NCBI GenBank assembly: GCA_965660155.1
Contig: CBFHYT010000006.1
Location: forward strand, 1,174-65,173
Direction of reading: 5' to 3'
Source of the DNA: Candidatus Arcticimaribacter sp.
GTDB lineage: Bacteria; Bacteroidota; Bacteroidia; Flavobacteriales; Flavobacteriaceae
DNA length: 64,000 nt
The notes beneath the pieces were generated by a model. That model had not been told where the DNA came from. It was given only the letters and a program-made list of their open reading frames with translations, and did not search any database. Below are positions 1 through 9,904 of this stretch, piece by piece. The stretch's first letter is position 1, and every line of letters starts with the position of its first letter. Both the position numbers and the translations under genes were made by a program.

Positions 1-39
1 AAGATGACGATGTAATGAATCTGTATCACAATTTAGACC

Positions 40-591
40 TTACAAATTAAATATGCCGTTTTCGGGTATTTTACCTTTTACCCCTTTAAAATAATTCTTC
101 ATTTTAATAAAATCTTGTTTTACACCATCTGTTGGTGTGAATAGAGGGTAAAATATTATTTCTTTTTTTGAATAATCAAATGCTACCAACTGAATCGGGA
201 TATTAGCGCCTTTTGCTATGTAATAAAATCCTGTTTTCCATTCTTTTACTGGTTTCCGTGTTCCTTCTGGAGCTATTGCTAATCGAAAGGTATCTCGACT
301 GTTGTAAATATTAACAATCCCTTCTACAACATTTTGGTTACCTTTTCTATTCAAAGGTGCACCGCCCAGACCAACAAAAAACCATGATGTTAGAGGATTA
401 AAAAGTTCTTTCTTTCCCACATAATTAATTTCTTCCTTTAGAATACTTCGAATCATTATTCCAACCATAAAATCATAGTTGCTCGTATGGGGAGCAACAG
501 CAATTATGCATTTAGGAAGTTTTGGAAAGTTGCCAACTACTTTCCACTTAAAAATCTTTAACAATATAAATTTGGAAAAAAAATGAAACAT
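40..591 (-). CDS. 1-acyl-sn-glycerol-3-phosphate acyltransferase (PlsC-like)
   Basis: HxxxxD motif (PHTSNYD) and PEGTR motif of glycerolipid acyltransferases. Confidence 0.85.
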   Translation of the reverse strand: MFHFFSKFILLKIFKWKVVGNFPKLPKCIIAVAPHTSNYDFMVGIMIRSILKEEINYVGKKELFNPLTSWFFVGLGGAPLNRKGNQNVVEGIVNIYNSRDTFRLAIAPEGTRKPVKEWKTGFYYIAKGANIPIQLVAFDYSKKEIIFYPLFTPTDGVKQDFIKMKNYFKGVKGKIPENGIFNL

Positions 592-599
592 ATGATACT

Positions 600-1331
600 T
601 TAATTCTTTAGAAACTGTTGAGCTTTCTTCAAATCCTCTGGAGTATCAATTCCAATAGCCATTTTATGGGTTAAGACCATTTTCATTTTTTTTCCCTGTT
701 CCAAATAACGGATGCATTCAATTTTTTCTGCTTGCTCTAAAGAAGTCATTTCAGAAGAGCTAAAATGAAGTAATGCCTCTTTTCTAAATGCGTACACACC
801 GATATGTTTGTAATAATTTTCGGGAACTTCTGTGTCCCTATAAAAAGGAATTGGACTTCTCGAAAAATAGAGTGCACAATCGAATTGGTCAACAATGACT
901 TTTACATTGTTGGGGTTTTCTACTTCCTTTTTATTACTAAATGGAATCATGAGGGATGCCAAGTGTATTTCTTTGTTCAGATCTGTTTTAAAAACTTCAA
1001 TAAGGGCTTTGAGGCTTTGTTGATTCAAAAAAGGCTCATCTCCCTGAATATTAATCACAATATCTGCATCACTAAACTCAACCGCCTCGGCAATTCGATC
1101 GCTACCACAATCATGTTCTTTTTGACTCCGAAAAACAGATCCGCCTAAAGCTTCAATTTCTTTCTGAATTGCATCGTTATCAGTGGCTACAATAACTTCA
1201 GAAAACAATGCCGTTTCTAATACATTTTTGTAAGTCTGCCCTATTACTGTAGAATCTCCAAGAGGTTGCATGAGTTTCCCTGGAAAACGACTAGCTTGAT
1301 AACGTGCTGGAATAACAGCGATGATTTTCAT
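600..1331 (-). CDS. kdsB: 3-deoxy-manno-octulosonate cytidylyltransferase
   Basis: IPARYQASRFPGK start motif, NIQGDEP, YFSRSPIP, HIGVYAF; start moved to ATG 1331 (MKIIAVIPAR). Confidence 0.95.
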   Translation of the reverse strand: MKIIAVIPARYQASRFPGKLMQPLGDSTVIGQTYKNVLETALFSEVIVATDNDAIQKEIEALGGSVFRSQKEHDCGSDRIAEAVEFSDADIVINIQGDEPFLNQQSLKALIEVFKTDLNKEIHLASLMIPFSNKKEVENPNNVKVIVDQFDCALYFSRSPIPFYRDTEVPENYYKHIGVYAFRKEALLHFSSSEMTSLEQAEKIECIRYLEQGKKMKMVLTHKMAIGIDTPEDLKKAQQFLKN

Positions 1332-1392
1332 AAACTTTAAAATGATCTTCAAAAATACTAAGTGTAAACTTAACTTTAGCTTTTGTTTTGTT

Positions 1393-2817
1393 TTATTTCA
1401 AGAAAAAATCATTCTTAAAACCTACTAAATACAAATTCGATTGTGCTCGAGTGACTGCTGTGTACAGCCATCGAAAATAACCAAAATCTGGGCCATCGGG
1501 TAAATACGGCTGCTCAATAAAAACATTTTTCCACTGACCCCCTTGTGACTTATGACAGGTTATTGCATAGGAATACTTTACCTGAAGGGCATTGAAATAA
1601 GAATTATTTTTAACCGCCATAAAGCGTTTGTATTTCGAGCTTAGATGTTGATAATCTTCCTGAACTTTTTGGTACAATTTATTTCCCTCTTCATAAGTCA
1701 AAGATGGGGTTTCAGAGCTGAGGGTGTCCAATAAAAGAACTGTCTCAAAGGGCTTTTCTTCAGGATAATCAACCAGTTGCACTTCAACTTTAGCAAATTT
1801 AAAATCATAAAGCTCATGATGGCTCAAAATACGGAGCACTTTAATCAAATCTCCATTGGCAATGAACCCAGGAACCGAATCGGGTTCCAACCAAAAATAA
1901 TTATTCTTTACCACCATCAATTGATCACCAACTGATAATTCGGATTCTAAAAAGAGGATTCTGCTCCTGATTTGTTGGTTGTAAAGATTAGCTCTTTTAT
2001 TAGAACGAACAATAAAAACAGTATCTTCAAGTCCACCATTACTGAGAGCATCATCTAAAAGTTCCAAGATTTCATTTCCATCCTGTAAACGTTGAATATC
2101 GGATGCAATTGACAAGTCAAAAGCAAAGGGATCGACATCTTCCTGATTCATTTGAATTCTCAGTTGGGTTGCATTTCCCAAAATACCAGAATCTTGTTGT
2201 TGCCTAACAACCTCTTTCAATTCCCATTCGGTCACAACTTTGTTGAATTGGCTTTTTAGATAATCTCCATCAAGTGCTGGACTTATGTCCAAATGAACAG
2301 GAGGAAGCTGAGCCGGATCTCCCACCAACAATAATTTGCAGTTCGAACCTGAATCTACGTACTGCATAAGATCATCCAACAGAGATCCATTTTCAAACAA
2401 TTTAGCACTTTGACGGTCATCTCCAATCATAGAGGCTTCATCAACAATAAAAATGGTGTTTTTGGATTTATTGGGTTTCAAAACAAATTGAACACCTGAC
2501 CCTTTTTCACTTTTGGTGTAATAAATTTGTTTGTGAATCGTAAAGGCTTTCTTGTTTGAATAATTCGCGATTACTTTTGCTGCTCTTCCTGTTGGAGCCA
2601 TCAATAGGGCTTTAGAGTTTGCTTTTATTAGATATTTTACTAAATGTGCAATAAGTGTAGATTTTCCTGTTCCTGCATAGCCTTTTAACAAATACAAAAC
2701 ATTTTTGTCTTTGCTGTAAATAAAATCTACAATTGAATCCAACCAATGATTTTGTGAGGTTGTAGCTTCAAATTGAAAAGTTTCATTTAATAATTTTTTA
2801 AACTCGGAAGAAGTCAT
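1393..2817 (-). CDS. ATP-dependent RecD-like (SF1B) DNA helicase
   Basis: Walker A GYAGTGKS, VDEASM, GDPAQLPPV, YAITCHKSQG, YTAVTRA. Confidence 0.85.
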   Translation of the reverse strand: MTSSEFKKLLNETFQFEATTSQNHWLDSIVDFIYSKDKNVLYLLKGYAGTGKSTLIAHLVKYLIKANSKALLMAPTGRAAKVIANYSNKKAFTIHKQIYYTKSEKGSGVQFVLKPNKSKNTIFIVDEASMIGDDRQSAKLFENGSLLDDLMQYVDSGSNCKLLLVGDPAQLPPVHLDISPALDGDYLKSQFNKVVTEWELKEVVRQQQDSGILGNATQLRIQMNQEDVDPFAFDLSIASDIQRLQDGNEILELLDDALSNGGLEDTVFIVRSNKRANLYNQQIRSRILFLESELSVGDQLMVVKNNYFWLEPDSVPGFIANGDLIKVLRILSHHELYDFKFAKVEVQLVDYPEEKPFETVLLLDTLSSETPSLTYEEGNKLYQKVQEDYQHLSSKYKRFMAVKNNSYFNALQVKYSYAITCHKSQGGQWKNVFIEQPYLPDGPDFGYFRWLYTAVTRAQSNLYLVGFKNDFFLK

Positions 2818-2913
2818 TCTTAAATTTTAATTTGAGGGAAGATAATTCATTTCCTAAATACTTTCATGAATAAAAAAAAATTGTAGATTTGTTTTCTAAC
2901 AAAATAATTTAAA

Positions 2914-3561
2914 ATGAAGATTGCAATACAAGCTGTACTATGGATTTTAATAATATTTTTTAGTTACAAAATTTATGATTCCATCAATGGACCCATAAAC
3001 TTTAATCAAGTTAAAAATGAACGTTACGCTGATGTAATTTCTCGTTTAAAAGAAATAAGAAAAGCTCAAATTGCTCACAAGGACGTAAAAGGTTTTTATG
3101 CAAATAATTTTGATAGCCTCGTTAGTTTTGTGGATAACGGAATATTCACATTGATACAAAAACGTGACTCTTCGTATTTAGAATACGACCGAACATACCG
3201 TATTGATATGCTTAGAGAGGTTATTGTAGTAGATACCCTTGGGTTTATTCCAGTAAAAGATTCTCTTTTCAAAAACTCAACCGACTATGCTGACATGAGT
3301 AAAGTTCCTGTCGAGGGATCTGATGCTACTTTCTCAATCAAAGCAGACGTTATTGACAAAAACGGATACGAAGTTCCTGTCTTTGAAGTCAAAGTAGCGA
3401 AAAGCATTATTTTATTTGATCAAAATGAAGACTTGCTTAAACAAGAAAATGAAACGATTTCAGTAGACGGTGTAAACGGACCTGATATCATTCTGGGTTC
3501 TCTCACAGATGTTAGTGAAAATGGTAACTGGCCATCGATATTTGATGCACCTGCAAAATAA
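2914..3561 (+). CDS. conserved Bacteroidota hypothetical protein with N-terminal membrane anchor
   Basis: 215-aa ORF with hydrophobic N-terminus and C-terminal GNWP; TAGATTTG promoter element at 2884-2891. Confidence 0.75.
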   Translation: MKIAIQAVLWILIIFFSYKIYDSINGPINFNQVKNERYADVISRLKEIRKAQIAHKDVKGFYANNFDSLVSFVDNGIFTLIQKRDSSYLEYDRTYRIDMLREVIVVDTLGFIPVKDSLFKNSTDYADMSKVPVEGSDATFSIKADVIDKNGYEVPVFEVKVAKSIILFDQNEDLLKQENETISVDGVNGPDIILGSLTDVSENGNWPSIFDAPAK

Positions 3562-4309
3562 AAAACACCAACCCACAGATTTATCCATCCTTATTTTTAG
3601 GGATGGATTTTCTTTTTGTACCCATAAGAAAACTTCTTTTTATCCTGTTGATGACTTTGATAAAATAGATCAAAAAAAATTATCTGACTGGATCAATAAA
3701 CAAGAATTCGTTAGCTCCAATGTTTTCTTAATTCATTTAAATGGTCTTTCAACCATTGTGCCTACAGGATTATTTGACAAAGAAAATGCCTCTTTTTATC
3801 TTGAAAATGGAATAACTCCAGACAAAAATCAAGAGGTTTTATTTGATGTTTTAGAATCGTTCAACCAAGTAGTGGTTTTCGTTGGAAGTCCCATAGTAAA
3901 AAAGGTCTTCAAAGAATTATTTCCAAACCACCATTCTCAACACCTTACCTCTTTCTTACTGGCTCCTTTGTCTAAATTTTCAATGGGAACCTCAAAAAAG
4001 CAGCTCTTTGTTCACCTGAGGAAAGGATTTTTTGATTTATTCCTTTTCCAAGGAACACAACTGTTGTTGTTCAACACTTTCGAGCAAAATCATGCGGATG
4101 AGTTTTTGTACTACCTTTTTTACATAACAGAGCAATTTTATCTAAAACCAGAAAGCTTCAAATTAGCCTTCTTAGGAGAGTACGAATGTTACAAAGAATA
4201 TTATCAAGGAGTTCAAGAGTATCACAATGATGTTGTTTTCCTTGATGCACCCTCTGAAAACAAAAACAGCAGGCATCCTGCGCCCTTCCTAGAAAACAAA
4301 ACAGCCTAA
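3509..4309 (+). CDS. DUF3822 family protein
   Basis: LSILIFRDGFSF and DEFLYYLFY motifs; typical position upstream of rsmD; true start may be 3521 or 3545. Confidence 0.7.
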   Translation: MLVKMVTGHRYLMHLQNKKHQPTDLSILIFRDGFSFCTHKKTSFYPVDDFDKIDQKKLSDWINKQEFVSSNVFLIHLNGLSTIVPTGLFDKENASFYLENGITPDKNQEVLFDVLESFNQVVVFVGSPIVKKVFKELFPNHHSQHLTSFLLAPLSKFSMGTSKKQLFVHLRKGFFDLFLFQGTQLLLFNTFEQNHADEFLYYLFYITEQFYLKPESFKLAFLGEYECYKEYYQGVQEYHNDVVFLDAPSENKNSRHPAPFLENKTA

Positions 4310-4842
4310 TGCGAATCATATCAGGCTCTCTAAAGGGGCGTAGAATATTGGCTCCAAAAAAACTACCGGTACGTCCAACAACAGACCGATCAAAAGAAGC
4401 CTTATTCAACATACTAACAAACATGGTTACCTTCAATGAAATTAGAGTTTTAGACTTATTTTCGGGAACTGGAAACATCAGTTATGAATTTGGTTCTCGC
4501 GGAGTATCAGAACTTGTAGCAGTAGATCAAAACAAATTCTGTGTCCGTTTTATTGAAGAAACAAGCAACAAATTTGGATTAAATTTTGAAGTAATCAATC
4601 AAAATGTATTTAAGTTCCTTCAAAAACAAAATCAAAGCTTTGATGTCATTTTTGCAGATCCACCTTATGACTTACCCCATTCAGATTTTAAAAAAATAGC
4701 TGATATTATTTTTGAAGGGAACTGGCTAAAAGAAGAAGGAATTTTGGTTTTAGAACATTCCAAAGAATACAATTTTGAGGAACATCCAAATTTTGAATCT
4801 TCAAGAAATTATGGCTCCAATACTTTTAGTTTTTTTGAATAA
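4309..4842 (+). CDS. rsmD: 16S rRNA (guanine(966)-N2)-methyltransferase
   Basis: MRIISG, RPTTDRSKEALFN, LDLFSGTG, FADPPY. Confidence 0.92.
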   Translation: MRIISGSLKGRRILAPKKLPVRPTTDRSKEALFNILTNMVTFNEIRVLDLFSGTGNISYEFGSRGVSELVAVDQNKFCVRFIEETSNKFGLNFEVINQNVFKFLQKQNQSFDVIFADPPYDLPHSDFKKIADIIFEGNWLKEEGILVLEHSKEYNFEEHPNFESSRNYGSNTFSFFE

Positions 4843-4845
4843 AAA

Positions 4846-5139
4846 AGCAGGCCATAAGCCGGATTCTGTCGAGTCTTATCATTTATCTAGGCTTTTGATT
4901 ACTCAAAAGCTCAAACCGCCTACCCTTTTACATCGAACGAGCCGCTCTCAAAAGCAAATTTACTTGGCGTTGCACCGCATAGAGTTTACCTGATTTCACT
5001 ACAGCATTACCTGTACATTCTTTCTGTTGCACTAGTCCTTTTCGTTTGTAACGAAAGACGGGCGTTACCCGCTATGCCGCTCTGTGGTGTCCGGACTTTC
5101 CTCTCCTCATCAAAGATGAGCAGCGATAAGAGACCTGCT
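4846..5139 (-). ncRNA. rnpB: RNase P RNA (bacterial type A, compact)
   Basis: Minus strand reads GAGGAAAGUCCGGACAC near the 5' end and ACAGAAUCCGGCUUAU near the 3' end (universal P4 regions); AGUGCAACAGAA and GGUAAAC motifs; P1 = AGCAGGUC/GGCCUGCU followed by a U-tract. Confidence 0.95.
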
Positions 5140-5143
5140 GCTA

Positions 5144-5151
5144 CAAAGGTA
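5144..5151 (-). promoter_or_regulatory. sigma70/sigmaA -7 element (TACCTTTG) of rnpB
   Basis: Matches the Bacteroidota TAnnTTTG consensus, 4 nt before the first base of P1. Confidence 0.75.
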
Positions 5152-5232
5152 CATATTATGTTAATAATTTAGGGGTTATTTTGGAGTAGTATGTTCCAAT
5201 ATCAACCCAGTTTTTTTTACATTTGAAATAAT

Positions 5233-6318
5233 ATGGAACCCTTTGTAGTATCTGCATTAAAATACCGGCCACAACAGTTCAAAGATGTTGTTGGACAATC
5301 GGCTATTACAGAATCTCTAAACAATGCTATTGTCAAAAATCAATTGCCTCAAGCCCTACTTTTTTGCGGACCCAGAGGTGTTGGTAAAACTACCTGTGCT
5401 CGGATTTTGGCCAAACGAATTAACAGTAATGACCAAGATAATATTGATCCCAATCAAGATTTTGCTTTCAATATTTTCGAGCTCGATGCTGCCTCAAATA
5501 ATTCTGTAGATGATATTCGCAACCTCAATGACCAAGTTCGCATTCCTCCCCAAGCTGGAACACACAAGGTTTACATCATTGATGAGGTACATATGTTATC
5601 CACAGCTGCTTTCAATGCCTTTCTTAAAACTCTAGAAGAGCCTCCAAAACATGTGATTTTTATTTTAGCTACAACTGAAAAGCATAAAATAATCCCTACC
5701 ATTCTATCCCGATGCCAAATTTTTGAATTCAAAAGAATTACAAAAAATGATGCTCAAAATTACTTGGCAAATTTGGCGAAAGAGCAAGGAGTTGCCTATG
5801 AGGACGAAGCTTTACACTTAATCGCTCAAAAAGCCGATGGTGCTATGCGCGATGCATTATCTATTTTTGATAGAATGAATAGTTTTTGTAATCAAAACCT
5901 CACTGCTGAGGCTGTAGCTGAAAACCTCAACATTCTCGATAAAGCTTCTTATCTCAAATTCACTGACCTTATCATCAGTAACAAAATACCAGATAGTTTA
6001 ATATTCTTCAATGAGATCCTTAATAAAGGAATAGAAGGACATCAATTCATATCAGGTCTTGCAACACATTTTAGAGATTTAATGCTTTGTAAAGAACCCA
6101 AAACAATACCCTTGCTAGAAATAAGCGAAAGCCTCCAGCAAGAACATGCTGAGCAAGCAAAAAAGCTCACTTTAAGCTACTTAATGGACGCCATTGATCT
6201 GGCACACGCTTGTGAATTGAACTTCAAAAACAGCAACAACAAAAGACTGCATGTCGAACTTTGTATCATGCAATTAGCTTCACTCCACTTTGATGGAGAA
6301 AAAAAAAAGGAAAGCTAA
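5233..6318 (+). CDS. dnaX: DNA polymerase III subunit gamma/tau, zero-frame (gamma-like) product, 361 aa
   Basis: YRPQQF, GPRGVGKTT Walker A, ELDAAS, IIDEVHML, ILSRCQ; ends just after an A10 run. Confidence 0.95.
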   Translation: MEPFVVSALKYRPQQFKDVVGQSAITESLNNAIVKNQLPQALLFCGPRGVGKTTCARILAKRINSNDQDNIDPNQDFAFNIFELDAASNNSVDDIRNLNDQVRIPPQAGTHKVYIIDEVHMLSTAAFNAFLKTLEEPPKHVIFILATTEKHKIIPTILSRCQIFEFKRITKNDAQNYLANLAKEQGVAYEDEALHLIAQKADGAMRDALSIFDRMNSFCNQNLTAEAVAENLNILDKASYLKFTDLIISNKIPDSLIFFNEILNKGIEGHQFISGLATHFRDLMLCKEPKTIPLLEISESLQQEHAEQAKKLTLSYLMDAIDLAHACELNFKNSNNKRLHVELCIMQLASLHFDGEKKKES

Positions 6319-6947
6319 TTCCAACCCAAAAACACAAAGCCAGTTTTGATCAGCCCTCAACAAAAGTATCTGAACCAGAGACTGAACAAAAATTCACCGT
6401 CCTAAAGAAACAAAAAAAAGAAGAGACAAGTAGTCCCCAAAAAGTTGAATTCAAAAAACCAGATATTAAAATTGAATCCATTGAAAACAATCAAGTATCA
6501 AGTCTATCACTTTCAAGTGTAAAAAGAAAAAAAGATTGGGCGCAAAAACAAAAACCAACTGAAAAAGTTGATAATCTTCCAACGGAAGTGTTTTCTGAAG
6601 AAGAATTACTAAATGTCTGGAATCGATATCAGCAAATGAAATATGAAAAGGGAGATCAAAACGTAGCTTCACTACTCAAAATAAGTACTCCTACTCTCAA
6701 AGATAACAGCCTAGTTGTTTTTAATGTTCCCTCAGATTTAAATAAAGTTGAATTGGAGCTTGAATTCACAGAGTTTGTTCCACATTTGAGAGCTGAGTTG
6801 AAAAATTATGACCTCAATGTAAAAGTCATTGTAGATGAAAAAACTGAAAAAAACTTCATTTACACTCCAGAGGAGAAATACAGTCGTTTAAAAGAAATTA
6901 ACCCTGTAATTGATTTACTACGACAAGAATTTGATTTAGAACTATAA
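6300..6947 (+). CDS. dnaX: DnaX tau C-terminal part in the -1 frame (reached by slippage/frameshift at A10, 6299-6308)
   Basis: -1 frame is stop-free from the A run to TAA 6945-6947 and encodes a linker, VSSLSLSSVKRKK and YTPEEKYSRLKEINPVIDLLRQEFDLEL, a tau-like C-terminus. Confidence 0.8.
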   Translation, partial: KKKGKLIPTQKHKASFDQPSTKVSEPETEQKFTVLKKQKKEETSSPQKVEFKKPDIKIESIENNQVSSLSLSSVKRKKDWAQKQKPTEKVDNLPTEVFSEEELLNVWNRYQQMKYEKGDQNVASLLKISTPTLKDNSLVVFNVPSDLNKVELELEFTEFVPHLRAELKNYDLNVKVIVDEKTEKNFIYTPEEKYSRLKEINPVIDLLRQEFDLEL

Positions 6948-6951
6948 ACAA

Positions 6952-7842
6952 TCACGCATTGTGTTTTTTGTACATATGTTTGATCATCCCATCTGAAAGG
7001 CCAATTTTAGGAACGTAAACTTTTGAAGCCCCAGACCATTTTAAAGCTTTTAAATAAATTTCAAGTGCTGGTAAGATTACATCTGCTCGGTCTAAGTTTA
7101 GGTTGTATTTTAAAATGCGTTCTTCGTAACTCATTTTCTTTAATTCTTGATAAAAAGTATTGATTGTAATAAACAAAAGAGGTTTTCCTTCTCTGGTATT
7201 AGAAAGCTTGAACAGTTTATTGATGTTTCCGCCCGATCCGAGAAGATGAATTTTATCAATATTTTTGGTATTCGTTACAATCCATTTTTCAATTTCTAGC
7301 CAAACCCTGTCATTGACCATTTCGTTGAGCATACGAACAGTTCCGAGTTTAAAAGATTTAGAAGCTATTCTTTTTCCATTTTGGAGGATACTAAACTCCG
7401 TACTTCCTCCACCCACATCTACATAGAGAAAGTTTTTCTTTTGACCAATACTATCCAAAATTGTGGTATTAGAAATTATTTGAGCCTCTCTTTTCCCATC
7501 AATAACTTCAATCTTGATTCCTGTTTTTTTCTTGACTTTTTTTACAATTTCTTCGGAGTTGTTAGATTCTCGAAGTGCCGAAGTAGCACATGCCATGTAA
7601 TTTTTTACTCCATTTATTTTCATAATCAATTTAAAAGCTTTCATTGCTTTTATGATTCGTTTAATGTTTTTGGGAGAAATTTCACCCACAGTAAACGAAT
7701 CTTCTCCCAAACGGATGGGAACACGAACCATCTCGCTTTTCATAAAAATTGGCTGGGATCCCTCAAGCTCAAAAACATTTGAAATTAGGATGCGTATGGC
7801 ATTTGAACCAATATCAATTGCAGCTAATTTTTTAACTTTCAT
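6952..7842 (-). CDS. ppx: exopolyphosphatase (Ppx/GppA family)
   Basis: AIDIGSNAIR, ATSALRE, DVGGGSTE; follows ppk1. Confidence 0.9.
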   Translation of the reverse strand: MKVKKLAAIDIGSNAIRILISNVFELEGSQPIFMKSEMVRVPIRLGEDSFTVGEISPKNIKRIIKAMKAFKLIMKINGVKNYMACATSALRESNNSEEIVKKVKKKTGIKIEVIDGKREAQIISNTTILDSIGQKKNFLYVDVGGGSTEFSILQNGKRIASKSFKLGTVRMLNEMVNDRVWLEIEKWIVTNTKNIDKIHLLGSGGNINKLFKLSNTREGKPLLFITINTFYQELKKMSYEERILKYNLNLDRADVILPALEIYLKALKWSGASKVYVPKIGLSDGMIKHMYKKHNA

Positions 7843-9904
7843 TTTCTAGTTGTGCTTTAAAGTATTCATGCATTTCCCATTGTGATCTGAAGGGCATTCC
7901 TTTTGATTTCTTAAATTCGTTCTGTGTAGAACCATTTAAAAGTCTGGCTTTTACATTGTCATTCCAGCTAATCATAAAGGTGTCTAGTAATTGCTTTTGA
8001 AGATCAATATCATAGATAGGACAAGCAACTTCTACTCTATTTTCAATATTACGAGTCATCAAATCTGCTGAGGAAATGTACATTTTTGGATCGCCGTCGT
8101 TCTCAAAAATGTAAACTCTTGGATGTTCTAAATATTTATCTACAATACTAATTACCTCAATATTGTCGCTTACTCCTTTGATCCCTGGAATCAAACAACA
8201 AACTCCGCGAACAATCATATGAATTTCTACTCCTGCTTGACTTGCTTCGTAAAGTTTATTGATGATTTTGTAGTTTGTAATGCTATTGAGTTTTAGTTTA
8301 ATTTTGGCTACTTTACCTGCTTGTGCATTGTCTATTTCATTATCAATTAAACGATTTAGAACAGAAGCTGTATAATGAGGTGATACAATTAGATGCTTGT
8401 AGGTTTTGATTTTGTAGTTAACCTCAAAGAAACCAAAGACTTTACCTACATCTTTCAATATTTTTTGATGTGATGTGAACAATGTGTAATCGGTGTAGAC
8501 CCTGGCTGTACTTTCATTAAAATTACCCGTACTAATAAACCCGTATTTTTTTAATTTGTTATCTTCTAAACGTTCAATCAAACATATTTTGGTGTGAACC
8601 TTTAAACCTGGAACTCCAAAGATTAGTTGAACTCCAGCAGCCTCGAGACGTTCTGCAAAATTAATGTTGTTTTTTTCATCAAATCGAGCTTGTAATTCGA
8701 TTTGAACCGTTACTTTTTTACCATTCTTAGCTGCATTAATAAGGGAGCTTACAACCTGAGAATAGTTCGATAAGCGATACAAAGTGATTTTAATCGTTTT
8801 TACCTTGGGATCTAGAGCAACTTCACGTAAAAACTTAATCACATAGGCATAATTATGGTAGGGTGCATAAAGCAAAAAATCCTTTTCTGCTATCGAATTT
8901 AAGATGTTTGTATTGAGATTTAAATCCTTTATTGGCAGGGGTAAAACTTCGGGATACATCAAATCTCTTCGATCCAAACTAGGGAAATTCATGTAATCCC
9001 TTCTGTGGTGGTATTTACCTCCTGGAATTAGACTATCTGTAGTTCCAATTCCTAATTTTTTCATAATAAAATTTAGAGTCTTTTTGGGTATTCCTTTATC
9101 ATACACCAACCGAACTGGGTCGCCTATCATTCGATCCTTGACACTGTTCATTATTTTTTCAACATAACTTTTACCAACATCTTCCTCAAGATCTAATTCT
9201 GCATCTCTGGTTATTTTTACCATATGTGCTTCGATTGAGGTGCAATCAAACATATTGAATATTGCATGAAAATTGTAACGAATCAGATCATCCAACAGCA
9301 TAACATATTGTAAATCTCCCTCCTTGGGCAGTACCACAAAACGTTCCAGTTGTTTGGGGATTTCAATAAGTGCATACAATAGCTTATTCTTTCCTTTTTC
9401 TAGGGTATTCAGCGTTATTACCAAAAAAGCTTTATTGTCGCTGAAATCTTGAATTTCATCATGTAAAACAACGGTAACCAATGCTGGTCCTACATGTTGG
9501 TTAAAAAAATCATTTAGAAACTTTTCTTGATGTGGGCTAACTTCTTTCTCATTCAAAAAAATTATGTTTTCCTCCGAAAGTTTCTTTTCAATGTCTTTGA
9601 GGATAGATAAACTTTGACGTTGTTGATCGATAACTATCCCAGTAATTTCTTCAAGTAATTCCGTTGCAACAATCCCTCCTAGGGCTTTTTTCCCTGTTAA
9701 ATCTGATTGTGATATCCGCTTAACCGTGGCAAAACGAACTTGAAAAAATTCGTCCAAGTTATTTGAAAAAATACCTAAAAATCTCAGTCGCTCAATTAAG
9801 GGAACTGATTCTTCAGAGGCTTCTTGTAATACTCTGGCATTGAAATCTAACCAGCTTATTTCTCGATTGACGTATTTACTTGTTTGTTGTTCTCTCATAA
9901 ACAT
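7832..9904 (-). CDS. ppk1: polyphosphate kinase 1
   Basis: NREISWLDFNARVL, NLDEFFQVR, ELQARFDE, KVHTK, SSADLMTRN. Confidence 0.96.
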   Translation of the reverse strand: MFMREQQTSKYVNREISWLDFNARVLQEASEESVPLIERLRFLGIFSNNLDEFFQVRFATVKRISQSDLTGKKALGGIVATELLEEITGIVIDQQRQSLSILKDIEKKLSEENIIFLNEKEVSPHQEKFLNDFFNQHVGPALVTVVLHDEIQDFSDNKAFLVITLNTLEKGKNKLLYALIEIPKQLERFVVLPKEGDLQYVMLLDDLIRYNFHAIFNMFDCTSIEAHMVKITRDAELDLEEDVGKSYVEKIMNSVKDRMIGDPVRLVYDKGIPKKTLNFIMKKLGIGTTDSLIPGGKYHHRRDYMNFPSLDRRDLMYPEVLPLPIKDLNLNTNILNSIAEKDFLLYAPYHNYAYVIKFLREVALDPKVKTIKITLYRLSNYSQVVSSLINAAKNGKKVTVQIELQARFDEKNNINFAERLEAAGVQLIFGVPGLKVHTKICLIERLEDNKLKKYGFISTGNFNESTARVYTDYTLFTSHQKILKDVGKVFGFFEVNYKIKTYKHLIVSPHYTASVLNRLIDNEIDNAQAGKVAKIKLKLNSITNYKIINKLYEASQAGVEIHMIVRGVCCLIPGIKGVSDNIEVISIVDKYLEHPRVYIFENDGDPKMYISSADLMTRNIENRVEVACPIYDIDLQKQLLDTFMISWNDNVKARLLNGSTQNEFKKSKGMPFRSQWEMHEYFKAQLENES

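Noticed and set aside
4775-4993. 72-aa + strand ORF after rsmD
   Set aside because: Overlaps rsmD and lies antisense to RNase P RNA; spurious.
5139-5166. dif-like sequence TACATA-TTATGTTAATA upstream of rnpB
   Set aside because: Only the XerD arm and spacer resemble dif; the XerC arm (…CATAA) is absent and the bases are explained by the rnpB promoter.
6588-6947. Independent 119-aa gene after dnaX
   Set aside because: The frame is open back to the A10 run and encodes the tau C-terminus; better explained as part of dnaX.
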